A DNA stretch of 64,000 bases, from NCBI GenBank assembly GCA_001938485.1, contig MQRK01218924.1, positions 1 through 64,000 on the forward strand, in the 5' to 3' direction. The position numbers were made by a program, and so were the translations under genes. The stretch is from Girardia tigrina (Eukaryota). Positions 40,720 through 53,420 of the stretch are shown here, piece after piece. Below the pieces are notes generated by a model. The model was not told the origin of the DNA and made no database searches. It saw nothing but the letters and a program-made list of their open reading frames with translations. Position 1 is the first letter of the stretch, and each line of letters opens with the position of its first letter.

Positions 40720-41186
40720 ATGGTAAGACATTTTTATTTTCGCTTTTGTTTTGTTTTTTGAAAAAGTAATGCTTATAAAAAATTGTCTTCTTGTTTCAGT
40801 CAGATGATTTGAAATCATCAGAAATCGCTAAAGTTCCGTTGCAAACGGTTTTTATTAACGGTAATAAAATCAGTACATTAATCCCCAATCGAATATTTGT
40901 TGGAGGATTTCCCCAGAATGTAATGATTATTTTTTGTTGTTGTATGTGGGGTCATGCTTATCGGTCACTTTTGTCACTTTAAGACTTCTGAAGAAGATTT
41001 GAAAAATTTCTTTTTCAAATATGGAGAAATAAAAGATGTGAAAATCATTCCCGATAAGGCCGGACAAGCTAAAGGGTGATTTTGATCGATTGATGATGAC
41101 TTGTGTTGTGATTGTGTGGGTTTAGGAGTTACGGATTTGTGACATTTGAGAGTCAAGAAGTCGCCGAGAAGATCATCACCGAACAA
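40720..41186 (+). CDS. boule: Boule/DAZ-family RNA-binding protein, exons 1-4 (40720-40722, 40800-40919, 40984-41075, 41126-41186)
   Basis: Spliced M-SDD...IPNRIFVGGF (RNP2)...TSEEDLKNFF.KYG.IKDVKII.DKAGQAKG(S)YGFVTFE (RNP1). GT-AG introns of 77, 64 and 50 bp all keep frame. Confidence 0.88.
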
Positions 41187-42529
41187 GTAAAATTGATTTA
41201 ATTTAATCAAGTTTATTTTCGGTTTTTTTTTCTTTTGGGATTTTCGTTTTATTTTTTAATTTGGTGAAACTCGTTTTATAATAAAAGCAAAATCGTGTAA
41301 ATGGGGATAATTCGATATCGACGAAATATTTGTAGTAAGAAGTATTGATTTAACGACAAAAGGTGTTAATGCTCGTTTTTGTAATTCGTGTTTCAAAAAA
41401 AGATTGTCTTGAAAAGTTATTTTAATTTTTTTAGAACATTTTTCTCCAGAGGTAAGGAAAGTGCTGGAATGTTTCATTTGTATTTATATTTTGAGTTGCT
41501 TTTCAGTTAATTCGATAAACATTCGTTTCTTTGGGTTTTTTTTTAAAAAACGAAAAAATAGTAAATTATTAATATATAAAAACGAAAACAGATTTGAAAA
41601 CATGATAATTTTGTTTGTGTAATTAACAGAAAATAATTCGTGTTTTCTATTACCAAGAAAAAATTGTTTTTTTTTCAAAGGTTTTTTATATTAATATTTT
41701 TAAATGATTTTGTGAGGAATGATTGATGTTTTTTCGCTTGAATGTTGTGTGTTAATTTGCTATTGTCTCTTCTACCCAGATGGATGAATAATATTTTGAT
41801 TCTTATGATCTGTACGTTGAGTTAGTTGAAATTTATCGATTCGCCGAACAGTTTATAGATTTTGTTTAATTTAAAATTTCAACAAAATTAAAGAAACCGC
41901 AAACATAAAAAATACACAAATTTTTTTTTAAAAAGTTAAATGATTTATTTATAAAAATCCAACAAAAACTAAATAATTATAAATCAAAAAAGTTTAGATT
42001 AATTAAAAATCAATACATATGTATGTATATAATTTATGTATATTAAATAGGAAAATAATCCGTAAATTTTTTAAAATAATAATTTTTAAATAAATAATAA
42101 ACAGGTTAAATTTATAACTATTTTGAGAGATTTGAAAGTTAAATTAAATATTTTCACGAAATAATTTTGAAAGAAATTAAAGTTTAAAATAAATTTAATT
42201 TAATAATTTTATAATTTATTAATTAAATTTAAAGAAAATATAATAAATTGATTTTGTAGAAACGATTAAATTAACGAAAAAATTGTTTAAATATGTGTAT
42301 AATTTTTATTAATAAATTTTTGTGTTAAAGATGAATTTATAATAATATTGACAGACATTTTTAATGTTTATTCAATGCAGGGGCGGATTTAACAAATGTC
42401 AATCCTGGCGGTAGCCAGGGGTCCCGAGATTGTTGAAGAATAAAAATTTTCTATTAATAATATTGATTTAAATAATATAAATTAATATAATTGATATTAA
42501 AGTCATCAATTGCTAATGAAGGCAAAAAA

Positions 42530-43325
42530 TGAGGGACCATATGTTTAATTCTCTGGTTAACCATGCCTAGATTTACCAAGATAAAAAATATTGGCAGCAT
42601 TCTTTGTCCATTTTAAACTGAAATTATGAATAACAGAAAATATTTTTAGGACAACAAAAATGTCTCATCATAACAGATATAATCCAAATGTGGGAGACTA
42701 TCAATCATTTCGGTTGAAAAGAAAATGATTCTAATGACTCCATCGGCATTATATATTAGTCCCTTTTAATTTTTGTTAAGTACTGAATTTTCTGTGATAA
42801 ACTCAACATAATTAGACACATCTTCAGGGATGTTACGGTAACGAAGATGATTTCTTTTAGTCATTCCTCAAGCAACGATTGGCAAAGAAATTTTCGACCC
42901 AATTTCATCTGAATGCATCCGACAAACATTATCAAAAATATGTCTCGAACTTTCTGATGTTGTTTCAGATTTATCTTTTAGCTCTTTTCTCAGTACTCTA
43001 TAATTGGTTCTTCATGTAGTTCAGGTTCGTAATTATGACAGTTTTCAATAATAATAATATCATTAGCATCAACGATAATAGATGCTTTACCATTGCATCA
43101 TGTAGTGGGATACATCTGATACCGTAATTGATTTTATTTTTGTCTACTTTATTTTGATAATACAAAAAAGAATTTCCCGATACAGTTTTGAAGTCTTTCT
43201 CAAACCCTCTACAATTTCATATTCTATCGAATTACCCTCTATATTTGAAGATATTTTTGATCTATGACAAATTCTTTACAATATTAATTATTGTAAAATA
43301 GAATTACCATCATTATTGGAAGATG
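42530..43325 (-). mobile_element. Degenerate MULE-like transposase remnant (intronic)
   Basis: Minus strand gives IIFFSTEMIDSL...YDETFFVV (decayed DGTF motif) and an upstream Cys/His finger-like segment. Confidence 0.45.
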
Positions 43326-43352
43326 ACGTTTGGCTCTATTTTTAGTTTACAG

Positions 43353-43400
<48 letters not shown>

Positions 43401-43633
43401 AATATTCTCATTGNNNNNNNNNNNNNNNNNNNNNNNNNNNNNNNNNNNNNNNNNNNNNNNNNNTGTGTACCCCATACAATCTCACAAGAACGAGTATCGT
43501 CTAAATGATAATTGCTGAATTAAAATATATCGTATATGTTTTATGTTTACACATTTTAATGTATACTTTATTAGTTTTATATAATTATTGTTATTAATAT
43601 TATAAAATAATAATTATATTTTAAATTTATTTA

Positions 43634-43670
<37 letters not shown>

Positions 43671-43674
<4 letters not shown>

Positions 43675-43870
43675 TGCAATTAATATTGTTCGGGAACTCC
43701 GAATTTTCCGTTTTTTTCCATTTTGGGATCTTAAAAAGCTTTTTTCGATGAAATTTTCCATTAATCATTTATCGTTATCGAGAATGAGTAAGTGTGCAAA
43801 GTTTGAAGAAAATCGATTGAGTAAAAGGCCTTCAAAAATAGGTTTCTAAATTCCATGGATATATATATAT
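43671..43870 (+). repeat. Short interspersed element (Helitron/MITE-like), copy 2
   Basis: Homologous to 21661-21840; embedded between (TA)n tracts. Confidence 0.6.
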
Positions 43871-44611
43871 ATATAAAGTAATATAATAAAAGAATGGAAT
43901 AAATTTATAATAAGTTGTTATAATTGATGATTGAACTAACACTAAAATAATCACGAACAACAACATTTTAAATGAAATATATTCCTCTGATCAGTTGAGG
44001 CAAGGTTTTTTTTATTTTTTGAGACAGCAATAAAGTTTATACACGTACGATAGCCCGGGTAGAACTGGACATCGATTATTGAGGATAGATGAGCAATAGT
44101 TCAATTCTATGATCACGAACTCTTGAATGGTTGATAAAAGAAGAGTTAGAATAAAAATTTTCATCTTGACTTGAATATCTACAATATGAAAGCTGGAACT
44201 GGATTTTCTGAAGAGGCAAAATAAAAACAATAGATTTCAAAACTAAATTGTTCCGCAAATTCTTGATGATGAATTATGTGATTCACCACGACAAAGAAAA
44301 AATACAGCGGTAATTTTTTTATCGGAGTTGTCGTATAACAACTACAATTATCGCTAAAAAATATTGTTTTAATTAATTTAAATATTTAATTGTATGTAAT
44401 AGCCAATAGCAATATCGATAAATCGTTATTGCTATAGTTAATTAAAATTTTAATTATTTATAAAAAAATGTATCAATAATTTGATATAAATAAGAAATAA
44501 TAATCCCAATAATTTTTTCAATTCAACCTACAACCCACAGGTGGTGGTCGCTTGAAGCTAAACCTCCCTGTGGGCACTGAGAAACAAAAAAGATACGGAA
44601 TAATGTAAATA

Positions 44612-45861
44612 TTAGGTTGGGGAAAAAGAAATCCATTATTTTGGCGTGAAATTCAAAACTTTATTTAACATGTTTCGGATTGTCCTCTTGGAGTCAAATA
44701 TGCACCGTTTTGTTGTATAATTAGTTGCCATTTTGAATGTAGCTTCATAATGCCTCTCTCGTAGAAGTCTTGGTCCTTATTGGTGAAAAACTGTAGTAAT
44801 CGATTTTTACAATGTTCTATTGATCTCAATGTCTTATCACTCAGGAAATTTTGCAATGCGAGAAAAAGGTGGTAATCGTTTGGTGCCAGGTCCGAACTAT
44901 ATGGTGGATGCATTAAAACTTCCCAACCAAGCTCCCTGAGTTTCTGGTGAGTCACTACAGACGTAAGTGGTCTGGCATTGTCGTGATGGAACACAACACC
45001 TCTTCTGTTGGCCAATTATGGTTGTTTCTCATCAATTGCTATCTTCAAACGGTCCAGTTGTTGACAGTACAGATCTGAATTTTGTGTTTGGTCATACGGA
45101 AGCAACTCATAATAAATGATTCCTTTCCAGTCCCACACAGTAGAACCTTCCTGGCCGTTAGTCCTGGTTTGGCGACCGTTTGAGGTGCTTCACTGTGCTT
45201 TGACCACGATCGTTTTCGTACAATATTATCGTATGTAACCCATTTCTGATCCCCAGTAACCATCCGTTTAAGAAATGGGTCGATTTCATTTCGTTTGGCC
45301 AAGGCTTCGCAGATGGAAATTCGATCCATCATATTTTTTGGTGTTAATTGGTGTGGAACCCAAACATCAAGTTTCTTTTTGAATCCTGCTGTGCCCAAAT
45401 GGTTTAAAACCGTTTTGTGGTCGATCTTCAGCTCCTTTGCGATGCTACGACTACTAACATGCCGGTCAACTTCGATCATTGCCGAGATTTTATTGACATT
45501 TTCAACGATAGGCCTGCCTGTGCGAGGTGCATCTTTAACATCAAAAATACCTCCACGAAATCGACAAAACCAAAATTGCGTGTCATTAGCTGTTACAGTA
45601 TTGGCATCATAAACACCATTCATAATAACAGCCGCCTGGCTTGCATTTTCACCTTTATCGAATAAAAACTGTAAAATTTACCGAATTTTTTCTTTGGTGA
45701 CTTCCATTTTTAACACCCTATAACTCGAACTGAATAAAAAAAGCAAAAAATTTTTTTGTGAAATTACTGTGAAATGTTACCTTGACAAAGAGCATAAATT
45801 TGAAATTGTTTGATCGATAAATAATGAATTAAAATAATGGATTACTTTTTCCCCAACCTAA
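44612..45861 (-). mobile_element. Full-length degenerate mariner
   Basis: TIRs TTAGGTTGGGGAAAAAG.AATCCATTATTTT with TA flanks; WVPHQL, VTGDQKW, HDNARP, HPPYSSDLAP; frameshifted. Confidence 0.95.
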
Positions 45862-46099
45862 TATTTAATTATATATAAAAGCCAAAGGAATTTATTATTT
45901 GTTATCTTCCAACATTCCAACCAAATAAATCTCGCTTGCTTCCTGAGTAGAAGAGATTGCAAATGAATGAAATAATAAGTCAGTCTTTATGTTCTGTGGA
46001 ATTTCTCTCACAGATCTCTGGAAGGGTAGTTTGCGGAAGCATAATGGTGCTAGTTAGCTGATACACTGGTGTTGTTTCCAAGTCACGCAAGTTAATGTA

Positions 46100-47060
46100 T
46101 TAGGTGTATAACTTAGTTTTTTGGATTTTTTTTTGCAGAACAGACAAGTTTATTTATATGACATAATAAGTCTTATTCTAATCAAAATATTTTCCATCGT
46201 TAATTATGATTTTCGACCATCTTTCAGGCAAATTATGAATTCCATCGAAAAAAAGTTTTGGTCTTTTGATGCGATCCATTGTTCCAGCCATTTTTTTATA
46301 TGTTCCTGGTTTCTGAAGTGCTGGTCCCGAAGACCGCTGTGCATTGATCGGAACAGATGATATTCTGATGGGGCACAATCTGGTGAATAGGCAGCATGCG
46401 GTAGAATTTCCCATTTAAGTGCTTCCAATGTGTTTTTTACTTGTTTTGCGACATGTGGCCGAGCATTGTCATGGAGCAAAATNNNNNNNNNNNNNNNNNN
46501 NNNNNNNNNNNNNNNNNNNNNNNNNNNNNNNNCCATTTAAGTGCTTCCAATGTGTTTTTTACTTGTTTTGCGACATGTGGCCGAGCATTGTCATGGAGCA
46601 AAATCACTGTGCGCTGTTTGTTGGCTGGAATAGGACGTTTTTCCTTCAATCTTCCTTTAGTAATGATTCCAAATCTTCATCTTTGAATCTTTTTGGTTGA
46701 CCGGAACGCTCTTTGTCACTTACGTCGAAATCTTCACTTTTGAAACGTTTATACCAGTTCTCGCAAGTCTGTTGAGTNNNNNNNNNNNNNNNNNNNNNNN
46801 NNNNNNNNNNNNNNNNNNNNNNNNNNNNNNNNNNNNNNNNNNNNNNNNNNNNNNNNNNNNNNNNNNNNNNNNNNNNNNNNNNNNNNNNNNNNNNNNNNNN
46901 NNNNNNNNNNNNNNNNNNNNNNNNNNNNNNNNNNNNNNNNNNNNTTTTAATGCCTCGATTTCAGCACTTTAAAAATCTGTACGTACGACTGTAAAATAAT
47001 GCTTATTACAAATGTTACACCATCTCTTAGAAAATCCAAAAAACTAAGTTATACACCTAA
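46100..47060 (-). mobile_element. Internally deleted, gapped mariner
   Basis: TIRs TTAGGTGTATAACTTAGTTTTTTGGATTT with TA flanks; [22 protein letters not shown]. Confidence 0.92.
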
Positions 47061-47079
47061 TATTACATGAAGTCCAACG

Positions 47080-47300
47080 CATCTCAATGTACATATCTAA
47101 ATCCAGTTGCTGAAACACAACTTTAATGTGACGCACATGCATTTAACAATGCTATCTTTCATAAAGCGAGCTACACGATGATTTGGTTCAAGGAGCACAA
47201 TGTAAATGTTAAAGATTGGCCCCCACAATCACGAAATTATAAATAAATCTAAAAATTTTTGGTCTCAGTTGAAACATATATAAAACCATTAAACTATGCA
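47080..47300 (+). mobile_element. Tc1 catalytic-domain remnant
   Basis: WFKEHNVNVKDWPPQS motif. Confidence 0.5.
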
Positions 47301-48900
47301 TTCTTAGATAATATTTATATTGAGTGAAAGTAGTTTATTTTGGTTACTTGTGTACTCAAAATGTTTTACTATGTTTCGTGTTACCTTGATCTCAAAGTAC
47401 CAGTAAAATTGACTCCTACATCACCAATAACTCCGTAAAAAAACTGCCAACTTGTACTTTAAAGCTCTGTTTATCGGTTATTGTTTTGTTTGATTATAGA
47501 TGTTGATTTTTTGAAGTTAATTACACTAATCAATTTAAAACCTTATCAATGATGCTTTCGTTTTTATATTTTTTTTGTGATTTTCTTTGTCGCACCTGTC
47601 TTGTAAAATTTGTTGTTTACTTTTTTTAATTGTTAAAGAGTTTGATTTTTATTCATGTATAGTATTTATTTCTTGGTTTTACTAATGGAGATCATAAAGT
47701 AATAGTTAAAGTTTGAAGAATAAATAAATTATGTCGAAAAATATTTTCTAAGCATTATATTGTCAATGTTTTCACTTTTTTGTTAAAGATTTAAATTCAA
47801 TTCTTGGAATCCATAATAGTTAATTTGAAATTTACAGTTACTGATAGACTTATTAGTACCTTTGTTGTTTCATCTATTTCAGAGTAATACTTAAAAAAAA
47901 TAATAATAAAAAATATATTAGTTTTATATATTATTCATAAATATTTAAAAAATGACGATAAATTATTTTTAAAAATCAAAAAACTTTCATTAAAATTTAT
48001 TGTGATCAATTTCGATGGATCAACCGTTATCATCAGACTAAAATTAACAATGATATACTTGAAATTGATCACAATAAATTTTGACGAACGTTTTTTGATT
48101 TTTATGTATTATATCAAATATATTATGAATTATGTGATTCACCAACGACAAAGAAAAAATATAGCGGTAATTTTTTTATCGGAGTTATAATTCTTTATAC
48201 CAAGAAAATTTTTGCAGTTTATTGTTTGATTTAAAAATAAAATATACCCTATTTTCACGTGTTTAAAACATCAGAATGTATATGAATACCTATAATTTCT
48301 TTCCAAATTCGAAAAACTAATACTACTAGTAGTACTTTTCTTAAACTGCAAGTAAAAGAAACCCATACGAATTTGAAAAAGTACAACATACACCCAAAAT
48401 ATATACAACAGGGTGCCCAGTAGAAACTAAAGTGATAAAGGCTTGCTGTTCAGAATTGTGCAAAATGCCCTCCGTAATGTTGCAACACTTTCAAAGACGT
48501 AGAATTCAGGAACTGTGGCCTTGAGAAATACTTACATGTTGATGTTCTACCATGTGAGTAATAAATCGCTTTTAAGTTCATCAATCGTTCTAATATCGCT
48601 GTCTACTCCTTGCAAATGTTGGAGAACAATTTCCCAGATCCTATAATCCATAAAATTCAGATCTGGACTTTTCGATGGCCACTCAGAAGGCCTGATATAC
48701 TTTTTTTTCTTCTCTAACCAGTTAACTGCAGCCGTGGCAGTATGAGGTTTTGTCCCGTCTTGTTGCCAAATCCATTCTTCAGCGCCCATTACATTACTGA
48801 TATCCCTAAACATCAAGGGACACATTTCATCACGATATACAGTCTGGTTTGATGGCTTTCTTCTTTCTTTGTGAAGGAACCACATTTTCTTGACCTTCAG

Positions 48901-49930
48901 CGAATGGATTTAACTCAATTGGTCTAAAACAAATTGGTTTAAACAATTGGTGTTAAAACAAATTGGTCTAAAAATAAATTGATCTAAACAAATAAATTAA
49001 CCTAACAAGAAATTTGTCTAAATTTAAAGTCGATTAAAAGTAATCCGTTTAAAGTGAATTTGTTTAAAACAACATTTTAACAAGGAAAACACTCAAAAAT
49101 GGAATTATACTTTATAACTAATAAAAAAGGAAAAAAGAAACTACTACTTGCAAATTATTTGTACTGGAAGAATAATGAAGCTAAAGATCAAACATACTGG
49201 AAGTGTGAAAAATATCATTCGAAGTGCTATGCTCGAGTAATAACGGAAAATGATATACAATCTCCGGAGTTTCTGGACAACATAAACATCTGTAAATGTT
49301 GCACATGTAGAGGCTGATCAAATCATGGATCTCATCAAAGCAGCCTGCATAAAAACAAGGGAAGCACCAACCTCCATATTATCAATTTCATGTGGTGCGG
49401 ATATTGAGTCAGTAAGAGGCAGATTACCGGATGTCTCGTGTGAGGAATATTTTTGAATGGTGATTATTGTATGTTGTTTGGTATGTTGTTTTAGTATTTT
49501 GTTTCTCCCACTCAGATGGAAGATTGATATTTTAAAACGTCGGATTGTTTAATAAATTATTAAAATTTTAATAATCAACTTTAAAATTAAATTAATATTT
49601 CATAAATAATATTTTAATAATGTTTTTCTTAAAATAAATAAAACATTTTTTTTAATTTAAAGTATAAATTATTTTTGTAATCAAATTGTAAATGAAATTT
49701 ATTTGAATAATGAGACTTTAATGAATATTATTTAAAAACTTATCAATCAAGAACGATGACGAGCTACGCAAGTTTTATAGAGAATTGTCCAAGTGGCAAT
49801 TCAAATTGTGATACAAATAAATGTAGTGAAAACTCAATTAGTGTTCTCTATATGTCGAACATCAAAAGAACGATACAGCGAGTTCGAGTTTTAGAAGAGG
49901 AAACATAACTCAGTTTACCCATACCAAGAT
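48901..49930 (+). mobile_element. MULE 5' end with a FLYWCH domain
   Basis: Subterminal AATTGGTCTAAA repeats; MELYFITNKKGKKKLL..YLY...YWKCEKY..KC.ARVIT; the coding sequence resumes (NIKRTIQRVR) after the solo LTR. Confidence 0.75.
49439..49852 (+). mobile_element. Solo LTR, family A, inserted in the MULE
   Basis: TGTGAGGAAT...GTGTTCTCTATA; near-perfect TSD TCTCG / TGTCG. Confidence 0.72.
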
Positions 49931-50842
49931 ACACTTGCATAGGCCATTATTGAGGTTTTTTATTTATCAACTCCCATCACAAGCTCAAGTTTTAAGTTTT
50001 AAATCTAAGTTTTAAATTCGACTGCTCAACAGAGGCGTTCATTTTGTTTTAGAACCATACAGTTTTCCACTTTTCATCTACTCCATATCAATTAATGAGT
50101 TCTGTTGATTTTGAAACCTGGTTTTGTTTATGATTGACCGTCAGTTTATGACATTTGATTCTGTAATAACATTTCAAGCGACTTTCCTTAAAAATATTGA
50201 ACACTGATCCCTTTGAAATATGCAATGCAGATGCAATTTATCGTTGACTGCAGTGCCGAAGGCGTGAACTATTCTCTGGAGTGGCTGCCATTCTGAGCAC
50301 GGATTGTTTAACTGGAGAGTGAAGTTATCCTTTTTTACCTGTTCATTTCTTATGCATTTGGGCAGCGGCCACGTCGATATTCTTCAGTTTATTACACACA
50401 GCATAAAACTGATTTTCACTAATATCAGCGAAAAACTGTGGAAGAACTTCGGTGCACTTTAACAAGTCCCAATTATGGTGTTCCTTCTTATAAAAGAGAA
50501 ATAACACTGCGTTGAAAATCAGTCAGTTGTGCGGCCATTTTCTAAAGAGAAAATAAATAAGGAAATGTGGCATGTTCTATATAATTATAAGACAGAAATA
50601 TCAAGCAATCAAATACAGTCAATCACGCCTTTGTCATGTGTTTAATTAAAAGTACTGTGGTAACATAAAATCCTTTGGTTTTCTACTGACCACCCTGTAC
50701 TTTGTAAAAGTGTTTTTAAACAATATAATTACGATAAAACTTATGATCTCCCTATAAAAACATCGATATATTAATATTATGAAAATAAATTATAATAAAC
50801 ATTTCTTCATGTTTAATAAAATCTATATTAATAAAAAATCTA

Positions 50843-52104
50843 TAAGGTTGTTTGGATAATTCGTAGCATTTTTAATGGAAGTTTAGAGGTTTTTAAAAGT
50901 TTGCATAGGAGTATTTATTTAATATAATATTCTCCGTTACTCCCTGCCGCCTTTCTTCATTTCATTATGCCTCATCATCTCAAGATTCATTGTGAATCTC
51001 GGAAAAGCTTTGATTTTTGCTCGCAAAAAAATTCATCCGGGTACTTTTTGCAACCTTTTGAATTTTCAAATTTCTTTCCAGTAAGGGAGTTTTGAAGGGA
51101 CCTGAAAAAGTCATAATCTGAAGGAGCGAGATCCGGAGAATAAGGAGGATGCAATTGAATATCCCATCCAAGCTCCAATAATTTTTTTCGAGTCTGCAAA
51201 AATGTGTGCGGCCTTGAGTTGTTATAATGGCAGATAACACCTTTTCCTTTGGTCAAATCTGGGCATTTCAGCTTTCTTACTGCATCCAATTTTGATAATT
51301 GTTGACAATATTTGTCAGAATTAATTGTTTCTTTGTTGAGAAGTAATGTGAAAAAAGTGATTCCTTTCCAATCCCACCATACACTGAGAAAAGCCTTTTT
51401 TGGATGAAGATCGGGTTTTGCTGATGTAAGTGGCTTCGTGCTGCTGTCTCCCCAAGATCTTTCTCGTTGTACATTATTGTACATTATCTACTTTTCATCA
51501 CCAGTTATCAGTTGCTTGAAAAAGGGCTCGATTTTATTTTTTTATCAATGCATTGCATGCGAAGGCACGCTCTAAGAGCACTTTTTCTGATAATTGGTGC
51601 GGTATCCATATATCGAGTCTTGAAACAAAATCAAGATTGTTAGGGTGTTTTGAGCGCTGCTATTAGATATACCAAGTGTGTTAGTCAATTCTCTTGTTGT
51701 AATTCTTGGGTTATCGGCTATTATCTACGGATTTCGTCATCGTTCATACTTGATGGGCGGCCAGATCTTTCTCCCTCATTGGTGTAGAATTTTCCTTTTT
51801 TAAAGTTTGCACACCATTTACGAGCTGTAACCTCTCCAACAGCATCATCACCATAAACTTAACAGATTTTCTTCCTGGTTTCTGAAGCATTTTTTTCTTA
51901 TTAAAATAAAATAGCATAAAATATCTTGACTGGTTTATTTTCTTCCATTATAAATTTATAATCTATATAAAAAATTATTTTTAAAATCTAATATACATAT
52001 ATTTATTTAAAAAAGATAAACCAGTTTAATTTTCAGGGAAAATTAATAAATTTCATCTTTAAAATTTGTATTACAAAACGCTACGAACTTTTCGAACAAC
52101 ATAA
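50843..52104 (-). mobile_element. Full-length degenerate mariner
   Basis: Imperfect TIRs; WIPHQL, ITGDEK, SVWWDWKG, HPPYSPDLAPSDY. Confidence 0.92.
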
Positions 52105-52308
52105 TAGAATTGTAAAATAGTTATAATAATCTGAGAACATATCTTCGGGTTTTTAGATATAAATCACCCGTAGTTTCAAATCTTATTAATTTTGAAATCA
52201 TATAATAATTCCTTTTGTCAATTCCAGATTCTTCCTTTTTATCTTCTCTTTTGTTCATAGTATTTTGCTAATATCACGCTTTTTAAATGATTTGGTTATT
52301 ATAGAAAC

Positions 52309-52769
52309 TATGATGAATGTTTGATGTGTTTAAATGTTGTATGTTGAATTTGTGTCAGAATTTGTGACTTGAACATTTAAAAAATACATCTTCTATCCAG
52401 ATGACTGATTAATATTTTAATTCTTAATATCTGAAACTAAATGAATTTAATTTTAAGTTTAACGTTTAAATGTATTTTAAATTTTAAAATACCTGCCAAA
52501 TTTTATATGGTTTGAATAATTTATTTAAAATTTAAAAATAAATTAATCAATTATTTTTTTTAATAATTAAAATTCATTTTACTTTTAACCAATAAAATTT
52601 ATTTGATATGTATTTTTTAAATGTTCAAGTCACAAATTCTGATAATTTTAAATTAGAAATATTAATCAATTGAATGATGCAAACCTACGAAAGTTTTGGT
52701 AATAATTGTCTTAAGAACAAATCAATATGTTGTAATAATAAGTGTCCAAAATCATAAGTGTTCTTAATT
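52309..52769 (+). mobile_element. Diverged solo LTR, family A-related
   Basis: TATGATGAAT...GTGTTCTTAATT; TSD GAAAC / GAAGC; shares the CCAGATG and CTAC.AAAGTTTTG blocks with other copies. Confidence 0.6.
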
Positions 52770-52779
52770 GAAGCGTCTT

Positions 52780-53420
52780 CATCATCCAAAGATCTAATAG
52801 CTTGGTTTCATATTTCGGTAATAAAAAGTATTTTCTTTAAATGTTCACTACGATTCCGAGCAGAATTTCATCATTTGGCAAAGTTTTCCGTTTAAATATA
52901 AAATATAGATATAAATTTAAATATGTGGTAATTTAGTTCCGTATGTACAGCGAAATAAGACAAAAGTGTATTGCTTTTTTCTTTTTGTTTAATTTTAATA
53001 AATATTGTCTTTGTACTTTCATAATCCATAGTTCTGTTGGAGGGTACATCGAATGAAATAGGCACTTTATTCATGTTTCCCATTCATGTTCTCGATCAAG
53101 CTTAAACCAAAATGTCTATGGTAACTTTAATATATTAGAATTAAAAGAAGTCTTTTATCTTTATATTCTTTTGACATTATTTGCAGCAAATAGGTTCTAG
53201 TCCTCATCGAAATACTTTTCCTTTCCACTAAGTAAAAACACCATCCTCGCTTAACTATTAAATTAGTAACTTTGTTTACGGAGTTCATTTCGGCACTTTC
53301 ATACATTTCCTTTTCTATCTACCTAACATGAACATGGATTTGTATTTTTTTTAATTTGTAACTTTCCGTTTGAGATGTTCTCTTGAATTTATAGGTACCT
53401 CCTTCCAGTTTCAGTATTTG
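52780..53420 (-). mobile_element. pogo/Tigger-like transposase remnant
   Basis: MGNMNKVPISFDVPSNRT (decayed GN.DETP..FD.P) and an upstream S.GWC..F CENP-B-like segment. Confidence 0.6.

Larger units (their letters stand above)
48409..50697 (-). mobile_element. Tc1/maT-like element containing a nested MULE and a solo LTR
   Basis: Imperfect TIRs CAGGGTG.CAGTAGAAA; WQQDGTKPHT and WPSKSPDLNFMDY at 48547-48885; N-terminal remnants at ~49950-50540. Confidence 0.8.

Noticed and set aside
46400-46605. Tandem duplication within a mariner
   Set aside because: Identical sequence on both sides of a 50-N gap; scaffolding artefact.
48906-49060. CRISPR-like short repeat array
   Set aside because: Eukaryotic context, no unique spacers, no cas genes; these are MULE subterminal repeats.
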